From NCBI GenBank assembly GCA_030827365.1, contig JAUREO010000004.1:1-62986 (forward strand): 62,986 nucleotides of DNA. The letters are read 5' to 3'. Made by a program: the position numbers and the translations under genes. Numbering within the stretch: position 1 is the stretch's first letter; every line of letters begins with the position of its first letter. Of this stretch, positions 25,908 through 35,148 are shown one piece after another. Below the pieces are notes generated by a model, which ran no database searches, had not been told where the DNA came from, and worked only from the letters and a program-made list of their open reading frames with translations. The DNA comes from Poseidonia sp. GTDB taxonomy: Archaea; Thermoplasmatota; Poseidoniia; Poseidoniales; Poseidoniaceae.

Positions 25908-26005
25908 ACCATTGCGAAAATGAACTATGCTTTAGAGAATGCACATCACGAATCTCCTCGTTTAAGGTGATAATGTCTTTGAAGGTCATGAGGTGTGTAT
26001 GGTAT

Positions 26006-29000
26006 ATGACGGGCCGTTCCAAGTCGAAGGTAGGATTTCTTACCACGGTCACAATTTTCATTCTGTTGACATCAACATTACCCATGAACAACATTCAATT
26101 CAACGAATCAACATTTGAAAATCAAGGTATCAAGAGCCAAAAAGCATCTCTTTTTGAACAACAAAATGGTAGCGGTCATGATCTATCTGGGGACCTCTTG
26201 ACCGTTGATGGCCTCATCGATGCCCTTGTATTAGAGGAATCAGCTTTGGATTCTTGGAAACATCTTGATATTCTTACATCCGCTGGAAATCAATCACTTT
26301 CGTTTAATTATTATCTACATCCATCCGAAAGCATCCATTATTGTTGGACACAATCCAATGGTTCGGTGTATTATGCGTCTCAGAGTCCACAAGGTGCCGT
26401 TTCAATCCTTCATGTAGACCAAACAGCATCCTACGCTGAGAATCAAACTCCAGTTCGATGCGCCATCAGTCTCACTGAAACCGACCTACCTCGAATCATG
26501 TATGGCGATGGAGATGATGTCAAAATTGCAAGGTATTCAACTTCAGATGATTTTTTGGCTTGGAATTTGAGCCACTTCTGGCACAAGCGAACAATTCTCG
26601 AAAATGTTCATCCAGTTGGGTTTGAAATGACAATGTCGGAATTTGGAACCATGTGGGCAGTCATGTTGACCGAGAGTGGTGCTCTCAAACAAGTAAATTT
26701 CAGTAAAGCATTTTGGACAACAAAAACCCTTGATTCTGGTCCCGTTGGAAGCGAGGTAGAGTTACTCAAAGATGTTGATGGAGTGTACCACATCCTCTAT
26801 TCTCGAACCGATGTAGGTGAAATCCGTCTCTTGAGAATTGATGGCGATGAATCATCAGTTCAGGTTGTGAGTCGCGACCCAACGAATTTGGAATACATTG
26901 GCATGGGGCTTGACTCTAATAATATCGAGCAATTAGCCACCACCTCAACAACGACCGATGGATACAAAATACAACTTCTACGTTCTTTGTTTGGCCAACG
27001 TCAAGGCCGTCTTTCTCCACAAGCCGTTGATACAATTTCTTCGGTTGATGATAGTTTAACAACCCATTTTTCGTTCGGTGACATCAATGGTGATGGATTT
27101 GATGACATGTTGCTTTCCATGCCAGAAGCGGATGGTGGCTCAATAAGTTCAGTTGGATCAATTCAAATTTTCCACGGCTCTGTTAATGGATTTGAATCAT
27201 TGCCCAATGTGACCCTCACAGGAACGATAGAAAACCAGATGTTTGGATACACTTCACTCCTCAACGACTTCAACAGTGACGGGTTCGACGATGCTCTCGT
27301 TTCAAGCCCAAATGGACAGGGTTTCGTATCGATTTTCTTTGGTTCAGCGGGTGGACTCAATCAAACAGCAGAATTTACACTGAACGGCGTTGAAAATGAA
27401 TTATTTGGTTCAGATATTGCCGTAATGGAAACGAATTCGAATACAAAATTTTTAGCAATTGTATCAAAATACGCTCAGACTGAAATCACAACCAGCGTCA
27501 CCATCCAAGGAAAGGTCAGTGTGTTTAAATTCGAAGCAGGAGAATTCTCACTTCACAGAGAAATTACCCAAACAGGAAATGGACCACAATTCGGCCGCAA
27601 CATCGAAGCATGCGATTACAACGGCGATGGTTTTGATGATCTCATCGTCAGTAACTCTCCAAGCCTTACCTCGATCAATGGATATTCTTCAGTCGAATAT
27701 TTCGATGGCTCATCTTCTGGCATCGATGGCTCGCCCGAGCATATTTTGGAGAGTCTGGTTCAAGGTAAATTGTTTGCATACTCTGTGAAGTGCCTCGGTG
27801 ATATTAACGACGACGGTCTGGAAGACCACATGATTACCGAACCATACAACCAAACTGGTGCATACAATGCAGGAAAACTATGGCTATTCTTTGGCAATCA
27901 AAACCAGTATTCTTCAACTCCTGATTGGACATATGTATCCGATGTTGCAAACTCACAAATCGGCCGCCAAATTATGCCGATTGGCGATGTAGATGACGAT
28001 GGACACAACGACCTCCTCATTTCACAATATTCCTCTCCCTCATCAGGTAGGATTGAGATTTTCTTTGGTAACGGAAATGGATATGAAAGTGAAAGTGAAT
28101 TATTTATCCAAGGACAAGCCAGTGACCAATCAGGATTTTATTTGGGTGGGAATTTTGATTTCGACCGAGACGGCCTTTGGGAAGTAGCTTATGGAAAAAT
28201 TTCGAACGATGGAAGTAACGATAAGGTTGATGTCATCATTCATTCAAAACGAGAATGGGAAGTCGCATCATTCGATTTCACGGGAACCTTACAATCGATC
28301 GAACTTGGAACTTCTTCGAGGGCAGAAACGACGATGATTCATCAGCACACTGATGGAACGTCTTCAACCATTAGCCAATTGGAACATATTGGCGATGGCA
28401 CAAGTTCCGGACAATGGATCTCCCAAAACCTTCTCTCAAACCTTGAAACCAATTCAGTATCTTCGTTTACCGTTACCCCATCGGGTAGACCGATGCTTTT
28501 GTTGAGTCAAAATTCCACAACCCTCCAACTCCACACCTGTGAAGGTTCGACAGCTTTGCACAAAGACATACTGACCAGTGGTACAATGGGTCAATACCTC
28601 GGTTCTCACATCGATGGTGAAGATGAACAGCACCTTGCCTTTACCTCAGGTACTGGAAATCAAATCTTCTATACATATGAAAATCAAGGTGCCTGGTCAA
28701 GTGAAATGGTTGCTTCATCGAAGGTACTTTCCAGTTCAATTCAAGTTCACACTTCTTCGACATACCAGCCATATCTGGTGTATAGGGATTCATCCTCAAT
28801 GGATATAGAAGTTGCAACAAAGGTGAGTTCTTCTTGGAATTTTGATGCACTTTCCCCGACACACGATGTAACAAGCACTCATTTTGCATCCGCCATGCTC
28901 GCGAATGACTCACTGGTCGTCGCAGCTTTGGTCAACGATGGAACAACAACAAATCTCACAATTTGGGATTGGAATGAAACATCAGTTTCCTCTAGGTCAT

Positions 29001-32000
29001 TGGCTGTGCTTCAAGATAATTCAGCAAAGATTGAACTTTCTATCTCTTCGAATCAAACTATCTACGTATCCACAATAACAACAGGTGGAGCATTATCTTT
29101 GCATTATCGACTGCCAATTGATAACAATTGGAGTACCCACGTTCTTACCCAACCACCTGCGTCTTCAACGGGTTACCAATTGGATATGGATTCAAATGAA
29201 CACCTTACATTGAGTCTTCGCACAACAAATTTGGTCCACATATATTCATTAGAAGACGGAGAAAATTGGTCGATTTCTTCACATCAATTGGATTCTTTGT
29301 CATCGGGTACATGGGATCTCGTTGTAACACCGACGCACTACATCATGTTCACAACATCCTCTACAACTTCAAAATTGACATGGCATTCTATTGGTCACGG
29401 TGCTGCTACTTCAAGTACATCGAACTGGAACTCAATGGAATTTGGTCTTTTACAAATTGAATCGAATACCAATGCAGCCGTTGATTCAAATGGAACAATT
29501 CACCTTTCATTGTGGGATGAAGTGAACAATGATGTTGAAGTTTTGAGAATTTATGTGGACCAAGACAGAGACCATGTGTTTGACCTTATTGATGAATTCC
29601 CAGAACTCGGAAATCAATGGAATGATGCAGACGGAGATGGCTATGGTGACAACCAAAAAGGCCCACTTCCAGATAGTTGTCCATCCACGAGCGGTGGATC
29701 TTCGTTTGTCATTTTTGGTTGTGCAGATTTTGAGTCTGATGGGTTTGCTGATACAATTGATGCTTGCAATCAGAATACAGGGACTTCGTGGATTGATAGG
29801 TATGGTTGTGCAGACACAGATTTAGATGGATGGTCTGACAACACTTTCCTCTATTTCTTTGGTGATAAGTATGTGGACAATTGGAAACAAGCCATTGATT
29901 CAGATGGTGATGGATTGGGAGATAATCATGGACCGGATTGTTGTGATGTGCTATTCCCATGGGGTGAAACATACCGTTGGGATGAAGGAGATTTATTCCC
30001 ATACCTTTGGACTCAGTGGAAAGATACTGACGGAGATGGGTTTGGTGACAATGACTCGGATACAATTTACGGAGACTATTGTCCTTGGGATTGGGGCGCA
30101 TCCTGGCGAGATAGAAATGGATGCCTTGACACCGATAACGATGGAGCAAGTGACCCAACGCTCAGCGGTGATATATTCGAATGGAACACGACGCACGGTG
30201 CTGATGTATGGCCACAAGACCCGACTCAATGGGCAGATTCCGACGGTGATGGTTACGGTGACAACGATTCACAAGGTGCAACCAACCCCGACCACTTCCC
30301 GAATACGATTGCAGCAGCAAATGATACAGATGACGATGGATTTCCCGACAACTGGACAGAATACTTCACACCTGACGAATTGAGTGACAATAGTGACGGC
30401 CTCATTCTCGATGATTGTCCAACAGTTTGGGGTAATTCTACTCGAATTTTGTTTGGCTGCCTTGACTCTGATGGTGACTCATGGCCAAATTCTCTCGATG
30501 ACTTACCGTTTGAGCCTACCCAAAGTGTAGATTCAGACGGTGACGGTTTTGGTGATAACCCGAATGGAAATCTTGCAGACCAGTGCATCAATGAAGCGGG
30601 AGTTTTCAATGGCACAGACGGTGTTGGTTGCCCACTCATCGATGCAGATGATGATGATTCTGATGGCATCATCAACACGAGGGATTTGTGTCCAACTACT
30701 CCGGTTGGTGAAAGCGTCAATTCGGATGGTTGTGGTCAGTCACAGTTAGATGAGGATAATGATGGAGTGTCAAACGATAACGACCGTTGTCCTGGAACTC
30801 CAGCCTCGTTTTCAGTCGATTCTGATGGATGTACATCTGAACAACGTAGTGTGGATACCGATAACGATGGGATCTTCGATATCGATGACGATTGTGAAGA
30901 AACTCCAGAAGGAGAAGAAGTCGATGAATACGGGTGTAGCGAATCACAAAAAGATTCTGACGGCGACGGAATACCAAATAATCTTGACGCTTGCGATGAC
31001 ACCCCCGAAGGTTATCCAATTCTTGCCGATGGTTGTACCGATGATGTAACACTGAATCAAGGCGATTTTGATGGAGATGGGTATTCGGGTGACTATACAT
31101 TCGATGTCGATAACTCAACTGGTTTGCGAACGAATCAATCGGGTGATGCCTTCAAGGCTGACAACACCCAATGGTTTGATACAGATGGCGACGGTTATGG
31201 CGATAACCAAGCACCAGCAAAGAATCCTGATGCTTGTCCTATGATCTGGGGGAACTCGTCATTTGATCGACTTGGATGTTTAGATTCTGATGGAGATGGA
31301 TATTCAAATGCAGATGAGACATGGGTTGAAATTCACGGTGCTGATGCGTTTGAACTTGACCCTACTCAATGGAAAGACAAAGATGGCGATGGATATGGCG
31401 ATAACTCAACAGGGAACAATCCAGACCTCTGCCCCAATACTGATTTGAGTTATCTCAACCAAGTCGATGAGAATGGTTGTGCTCCGAACGAGCGCGATTC
31501 CGATAACGATGGCGTACTTGATTCTCGTGACAGTTGTCCGAATGAAGCGAAAGGTCCCGATGGCTTTTCTGATGGTTGTCCTTTGCCAAAAACTCAAACG
31601 GATGATGAGCCTACACTCCTCTTTGGAATGTCTCCTGCATCACTCGCTGGTATCATCGGAGCAGCGATTGGCGGTATCATCCTGATTTTGGTGATCATTC
31701 GTATAGTCCTTCGAAATAAAGATGATGATGAAAATGATGACTATGACGACTACGATGATGACGATGACGATGATGTATTTGCCGCCCTCGATAAAAAATC
31801 ATCACGTTCGTCTCCGACGACACCAAGCAGAGGTCAAAGTTCTCCTTTGAGAACCCCCCCATCAACGAGTCGAGGCCCAAGTGGCGGGCCATCAGATGGC
31901 CCATCAGGTGGCCCAACTAGCCGACCACCAAGCGGTCCCCGTGGAGGGCCAACAAGCGGACCTGCAGGAGGCCCTCCAAGTGGCCCATCGAGAAGCCCAG

Positions 32001-32290
32001 GAGCACCGAGTCAAAGTTCTGCAACAACTTCGCAAAAGGTAGCGAAAAAGAGAGCACCAGTCGCTCAACTTGAAGATTCAAAAGCGAAGGTGAGAAAAGC
32101 AAGGATTGAAGTCGATCTCGATGTCTTTGATGAAGGTCAAGAAGACGATAGAGATGCTGCTGTTGAATGGATAGTTGGCGCCATTGCTGAAGGAGAAATT
32201 GAAAGAACGATGTTGTTGCAATTGCAAGAAACAGGTTGGACTGCTGAACAATCAAGGGCTATCATCAATCTCGCAAAAAATCAAATCTAA
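26006..32290 (+). CDS. Giant single-pass surface protein: FG-GAP (integrin-alpha-like) propeller, thrombospondin type 3 Ca-binding repeats, TM helix, acidic and Pro/Gly/Ser-rich cytoplasmic tail
   Basis: About seven FG-GAP-like blades (GDINGDGFDD, DFNSDGFDD, DYNGDGFDD, GDINDDGLED, GDVDDDGHND, DFDRDG); many DxDxDGxGD repeats; TM LAGIIGAAIGGIILILVIIRIVL. The ORF track starts at 25889 and overlaps thiN; ATG 26006 follows a GAGGTG Shine-Dalgarno-like motif. Confidence 0.9.
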   Translation: MTGRSKSKVGFLTTVTIFILLTSTLPMNNIQFNESTFENQGIKSQKASLFEQQNGSGHDLSGDLLTVDGLIDALVLEESALDSWKHLDILTSAGNQSLSFNYYLHPSESIHYCWTQSNGSVYYASQSPQGAVSILHVDQTASYAENQTPVRCAISLTETDLPRIMYGDGDDVKIARYSTSDDFLAWNLSHFWHKRTILENVHPVGFEMTMSEFGTMWAVMLTESGALKQVNFSKAFWTTKTLDSGPVGSEVELLKDVDGVYHILYSRTDVGEIRLLRIDGDESSVQVVSRDPTNLEYIGMGLDSNNIEQLATTSTTTDGYKIQLLRSLFGQRQGRLSPQAVDTISSVDDSLTTHFSFGDINGDGFDDMLLSMPEADGGSISSVGSIQIFHGSVNGFESLPNVTLTGTIENQMFGYTSLLNDFNSDGFDDALVSSPNGQGFVSIFFGSAGGLNQTAEFTLNGVENELFGSDIAVMETNSNTKFLAIVSKYAQTEITTSVTIQGKVSVFKFEAGEFSLHREITQTGNGPQFGRNIEACDYNGDGFDDLIVSNSPSLTSINGYSSVEYFDGSSSGIDGSPEHILESLVQGKLFAYSVKCLGDINDDGLEDHMITEPYNQTGAYNAGKLWLFFGNQNQYSSTPDWTYVSDVANSQIGRQIMPIGDVDDDGHNDLLISQYSSPSSGRIEIFFGNGNGYESESELFIQGQASDQSGFYLGGNFDFDRDGLWEVAYGKISNDGSNDKVDVIIHSKREWEVASFDFTGTLQSIELGTSSRAETTMIHQHTDGTSSTISQLEHIGDGTSSGQWISQNLLSNLETNSVSSFTVTPSGRPMLLLSQNSTTLQLHTCEGSTALHKDILTSGTMGQYLGSHIDGEDEQHLAFTSGTGNQIFYTYENQGAWSSEMVASSKVLSSSIQVHTSSTYQPYLVYRDSSSMDIEVATKVSSSWNFDALSPTHDVTSTHFASAMLANDSLVVAALVNDGTTTNLTIWDWNETSVSSRSLAVLQDNSAKIELSISSNQTIYVSTITTGGALSLHYRLPIDNNWSTHVLTQPPASSTGYQLDMDSNEHLTLSLRTTNLVHIYSLEDGENWSISSHQLDSLSSGTWDLVVTPTHYIMFTTSSTTSKLTWHSIGHGAATSSTSNWNSMEFGLLQIESNTNAAVDSNGTIHLSLWDEVNNDVEVLRIYVDQDRDHVFDLIDEFPELGNQWNDADGDGYGDNQKGPLPDSCPSTSGGSSFVIFGCADFESDGFADTIDACNQNTGTSWIDRYGCADTDLDGWSDNTFLYFFGDKYVDNWKQAIDSDGDGLGDNHGPDCCDVLFPWGETYRWDEGDLFPYLWTQWKDTDGDGFGDNDSDTIYGDYCPWDWGASWRDRNGCLDTDNDGASDPTLSGDIFEWNTTHGADVWPQDPTQWADSDGDGYGDNDSQGATNPDHFPNTIAAANDTDDDGFPDNWTEYFTPDELSDNSDGLILDDCPTVWGNSTRILFGCLDSDGDSWPNSLDDLPFEPTQSVDSDGDGFGDNPNGNLADQCINEAGVFNGTDGVGCPLIDADDDDSDGIINTRDLCPTTPVGESVNSDGCGQSQLDEDNDGVSNDNDRCPGTPASFSVDSDGCTSEQRSVDTDNDGIFDIDDDCEETPEGEEVDEYGCSESQKDSDGDGIPNNLDACDDTPEGYPILADGCTDDVTLNQGDFDGDGYSGDYTFDVDNSTGLRTNQSGDAFKADNTQWFDTDGDGYGDNQAPAKNPDACPMIWGNSSFDRLGCLDSDGDGYSNADETWVEIHGADAFELDPTQWKDKDGDGYGDNSTGNNPDLCPNTDLSYLNQVDENGCAPNERDSDNDGVLDSRDSCPNEAKGPDGFSDGCPLPKTQTDDEPTLLFGMSPASLAGIIGAAIGGIILILVIIRIVLRNKDDDENDDYDDYDDDDDDDVFAALDKKSSRSSPTTPSRGQSSPLRTPPSTSRGPSGGPSDGPSGGPTSRPPSGPRGGPTSGPAGGPPSGPSRSPGAPSQSSATTSQKVAKKRAPVAQLEDSKAKVRKARIEVDLDVFDEGQEDDRDAAVEWIVGAIAEGEIERTMLLQLQETGWTAEQSRAIINLAKNQI
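31872..31995 (+). repeat. Degenerate coding repeats (GPSGGP/PSGP-like) in the cytoplasmic tail
   Basis: Encodes SRGPSGGPSDGPSGGPTSRPPSGPRGGPTSGPAGGPPSGPSR; locally GC-rich; boundaries approximate. Confidence 0.7.
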
Positions 32291-32336
32291 TCTATTCCCA
32301 AAATAACATCACGCATATATCTTTAATGAGTCAGGG

Positions 32337-33920
32337 TTGAAATATCGAGAGGGGATTTTTTTGCCAGAACAGTCTGAATTTAATGCCTCAATACCTGAGG
32401 GAATTGATGTTGACGAAGCTGCTGCATATTTCGGTGTTATCGAATCATCCGACACTCTTCACTCGATGCTGGCCATGGGACAACGTGAAGCGATTTTGAA
32501 ATTCTTTTCGATATTGTCTGATATCGTTCTTCTTCCTGGTGATTTCAATTTTGAAGCTGCCAGTGAAAGAATGCAATGTGAAGGCGGCGAAATTTACTAT
32601 CTTGTCTCAGGTCATCTCGGTTTAATGAGTATGCAAGACCCGCTTTCAAGATTTATTGGACAGCCTGATTCCATGGGCGAAAGCGGTGGTGCAGACAGTT
32701 CACTTTCAGCAGATGAGAAAGAAAAACTCAGTGGACTTGCTGACCCAATGCGTTTGATGAAACTCCTCGCTGTAGGGTATTCAACAGGTGGAGAGGCTGA
32801 ACTCTCAAAATATCTTGATCTGATGAAATCATACATCGATAATCCTTCAGCATCGAAAGAGAAACTCCTCACTATTTGTGAAGAACTTGATGCTGCCCTT
32901 GATATTGAAGGGCACATTCTGCCTCTACCTACTTTGGCAAGTATCTCTGCAACTGCATCAACAATTGACACATCACTCAAAGTTGAAGAATCCAAACCTG
33001 AGGCCTCTGCACCTCAGACCGAGGTTGAATCATCACCTTCACCCTCCGTCCCTCTTCCTACAACAGAGGCACCAAAACCAAGTTCCTCAACCGATGTACC
33101 ATTGCCTTCAAGTATGAACGTTCAATTGCCTAAAGTTGAGTTCGTTGAGGCTGAACATCAAAACATTGAATCAGATAAACAAATGGAAAAAGCCACACAA
33201 GATGCATTTGCCGGTGCGTTTACAATTGGATTGCACGACGAACCAGAGATTCAAAATGAATCGGATGATGAAACAGAAGAGGATTTGCTTACCACACTTT
33301 CCGAAGAAAATGATGCGCAGGTAGACGAAGTTGAGCATGTCATGGAGTTTGAAGACCCACTTCAATCTGAAATCCAGTTTGCCGATGAACCTGCCACAGA
33401 ACATCCAAAACAAGAACAAGAAGAAGAGTTTGTCAGTGCAGCCGAGCGATTTATTGCGGCTGATACTGACGGAAGTGGAGCCTTATCAGTTGAAGAGTTA
33501 GCAGAGGCAACCGGTACCAGTTTGGAAGAGGCTGCAAGACTTCACAAAGAAGCAGATACAGATGGTGATGGTACAGTATCCCTTGGTGAATTTGTATCAT
33601 CCGAGGCAGGACAAAAAGCACAAAGTTTGCCTCGACCTATTGCTCCAGTTCGAAAACCACTCGGTGCTCAACAATTCGGTAAGCCACAACAGAGCGCACC
33701 TGCTCAACAGCAGCAACCGCAACAGTGGCAACAGCAGCCACAACAATGGCAACAGCAGCCACAACAATGGCAACAGCAGCCACAACAATGGCAACAGCAA
33801 CCACAACAGTGGCAACAACCTCAACCCACGATTCGTTCAGGTATTTTTTGTCGTGGATGTGGTATAGGTTTGGACCCATACTGGCGATTTTGTCCAGTTT
33901 GTGGTGCACCAAATCAATAA
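32337..33920 (+). CDS. Cytoplasmic protein with an acidic/Pro-rich linker, an EF-hand pair, (QQQPQQW)5 and a C-terminal zinc ribbon
   Basis: EF loops DTDGSGALSVEEL and DTDGDGTVSLGEF; C-terminal CRGCG...CPVCG; TTG start. Confidence 0.88.
   Translation: MKYREGIFLPEQSEFNASIPEGIDVDEAAAYFGVIESSDTLHSMLAMGQREAILKFFSILSDIVLLPGDFNFEAASERMQCEGGEIYYLVSGHLGLMSMQDPLSRFIGQPDSMGESGGADSSLSADEKEKLSGLADPMRLMKLLAVGYSTGGEAELSKYLDLMKSYIDNPSASKEKLLTICEELDAALDIEGHILPLPTLASISATASTIDTSLKVEESKPEASAPQTEVESSPSPSVPLPTTEAPKPSSSTDVPLPSSMNVQLPKVEFVEAEHQNIESDKQMEKATQDAFAGAFTIGLHDEPEIQNESDDETEEDLLTTLSEENDAQVDEVEHVMEFEDPLQSEIQFADEPATEHPKQEQEEEFVSAAERFIAADTDGSGALSVEELAEATGTSLEEAARLHKEADTDGDGTVSLGEFVSSEAGQKAQSLPRPIAPVRKPLGAQQFGKPQQSAPAQQQQPQQWQQQPQQWQQQPQQWQQQPQQWQQQPQQWQQPQPTIRSGIFCRGCGIGLDPYWRFCPVCGAPNQ
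33708..33812 (+). repeat. 21-bp coding tandem repeat, 5 copies (QQQPQQW)
   Basis: Three identical central units CAACAGCAGCCACAACAATGG (33729-33791), flanked by two variant units. Confidence 0.95.
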
Positions 33921-35039
33921 TTATTCGATGAGAAATGTACCATCCCGAATAATTGGAGTGTCATCAAGCCAGAAATCTGGTGCTTTTAGGACGCCGGGGA
34001 TGTTTAAACCCACTTTTGTGTGACGACCTATAGAAAAATAACATGTTCCAAGTCGTTTTTCATCTTCGAGTACATTGCCAACCAATCGAGCGTTTGCATT
34101 CATTCCAAATCCAAACTCGGAAACAATCCATACGCCTTCTTGTTCTTTGGACGATAATCTCCGAGCCGCTTCACCCAATTGTTGACGCAAGTGTGCTGCG
34201 ACGGTTCCACCCTTAATATCGGTAATACTTCCTTCTTCGACGGTGATAAAAATCGGTTCCTCCACAAGGTTTGCCTCCCACGAACCATCGATCACAATGG
34301 TGCCATTCATCGTCTTTTCACGTGGTTGAATGAAGATTTTCCCCGCAGGGAGGTTGGTGAGCATGCGGGGCCGGTTGCAGATCCCATTATCATCGAGTTT
34401 CCAATCTCTCCAATTTACCTCGAATGTGATGTTCGTGCCTGATTCTGATTTTACATTGACAATTCTTCGACGACGAAGTAGTGAACCCATATCCCCAATC
34501 GTTTTCTTCATGTGTTGAAAGTCGGTTGCCATACCACCGTGAATGAACATGTCAATGGTCATGCCAGGCATCGTCGCAACTCTAGCACCTTCTCGAAGTG
34601 CTTGCTTGACAGCAACTGTGTGCGTTAGTGAATACTTCGTGGGAGCAATAACAACTTGCTGCTGTCTCATGAGATTTGCTACAGGTGAGGGGGGCTCTTC
34701 ACCGTGATGTCTTCCTTTTGGCATGACGATGAGCAGTACCCGATCAGAAAATTTTGATGCGGCATCATGGAGGGCTTTTCCAATGTCCGTCGTTGTGGGG
34801 TCGCAAACAATCAAGATATTCTCGCCGCGACGAAGGTCCATGCAAGTCCGAATAACCATTTCAGATCTCAATTGCATCAATTCTTCGGTGGAAGGTTCAC
34901 TTTGCTCTGATTGGACTTCCTCAACGACATCATCTTGTGGTATCGTTTCAGCAACGATTGAGTCAATATCCTCGTCTTCTGAGTCGATTGAAACCTCTTC
35001 TTCTTCCTGCTTTCGCTTGAAGGGAGGCACCATGAACAT
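33921..35039 (-). CDS. Aminopeptidase M29 (thermophilic metalloprotease/leucyl aminopeptidase) homologue, probably catalytically degenerate
   Basis: RRGENILIVCD, EEPPSPVA, SLTHT, ARVATMPG, NLPAG, GTIVIDGS, SEFGFGMN, EDEK motifs; acidic N-terminal extension. Confidence 0.82.
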   Translation of the reverse strand: MFMVPPFKRKQEEEEVSIDSEDEDIDSIVAETIPQDDVVEEVQSEQSEPSTEELMQLRSEMVIRTCMDLRRGENILIVCDPTTTDIGKALHDAASKFSDRVLLIVMPKGRHHGEEPPSPVANLMRQQQVVIAPTKYSLTHTVAVKQALREGARVATMPGMTIDMFIHGGMATDFQHMKKTIGDMGSLLRRRRIVNVKSESGTNITFEVNWRDWKLDDNGICNRPRMLTNLPAGKIFIQPREKTMNGTIVIDGSWEANLVEEPIFITVEEGSITDIKGGTVAAHLRQQLGEAARRLSSKEQEGVWIVSEFGFGMNANARLVGNVLEDEKRLGTCYFSIGRHTKVGLNIPGVLKAPDFWLDDTPIIRDGTFLIE

Positions 35040-35148
35040 GCTACATGACGATGGCTCTTCAATGTGTGTGTATTGCGAGGAGTTTTCGATGGTCTCATTG
35101 AGAATCTTTGGAGGAAAATATCTAATTCAATGAGGTCAAGCCGAACAC

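Noticed and set aside
25904-26005. TPP riboswitch before thiN, and a mini-ORF ATG-GTG-TGA (25912-25904, minus strand) overlapping its GTG start
   Set aside because: No TPP aptamer core (CUGAGA) is visible; a two-codon ORF is readily explained by chance.
25889-26005. Extended N-termini given by the ORF track (also 48981..49052, 57765..57788, 38973..38987, 38053..38064)
   Set aside because: The extensions overlap neighbours or promoters and precede better-placed ATGs with SD-like motifs or homology-consistent starts.
33708-33812. 21-bp tandem array as a CRISPR or mobile-element signature
   Set aside because: Head-to-tail units without spacers that encode QQQPQQW in frame.
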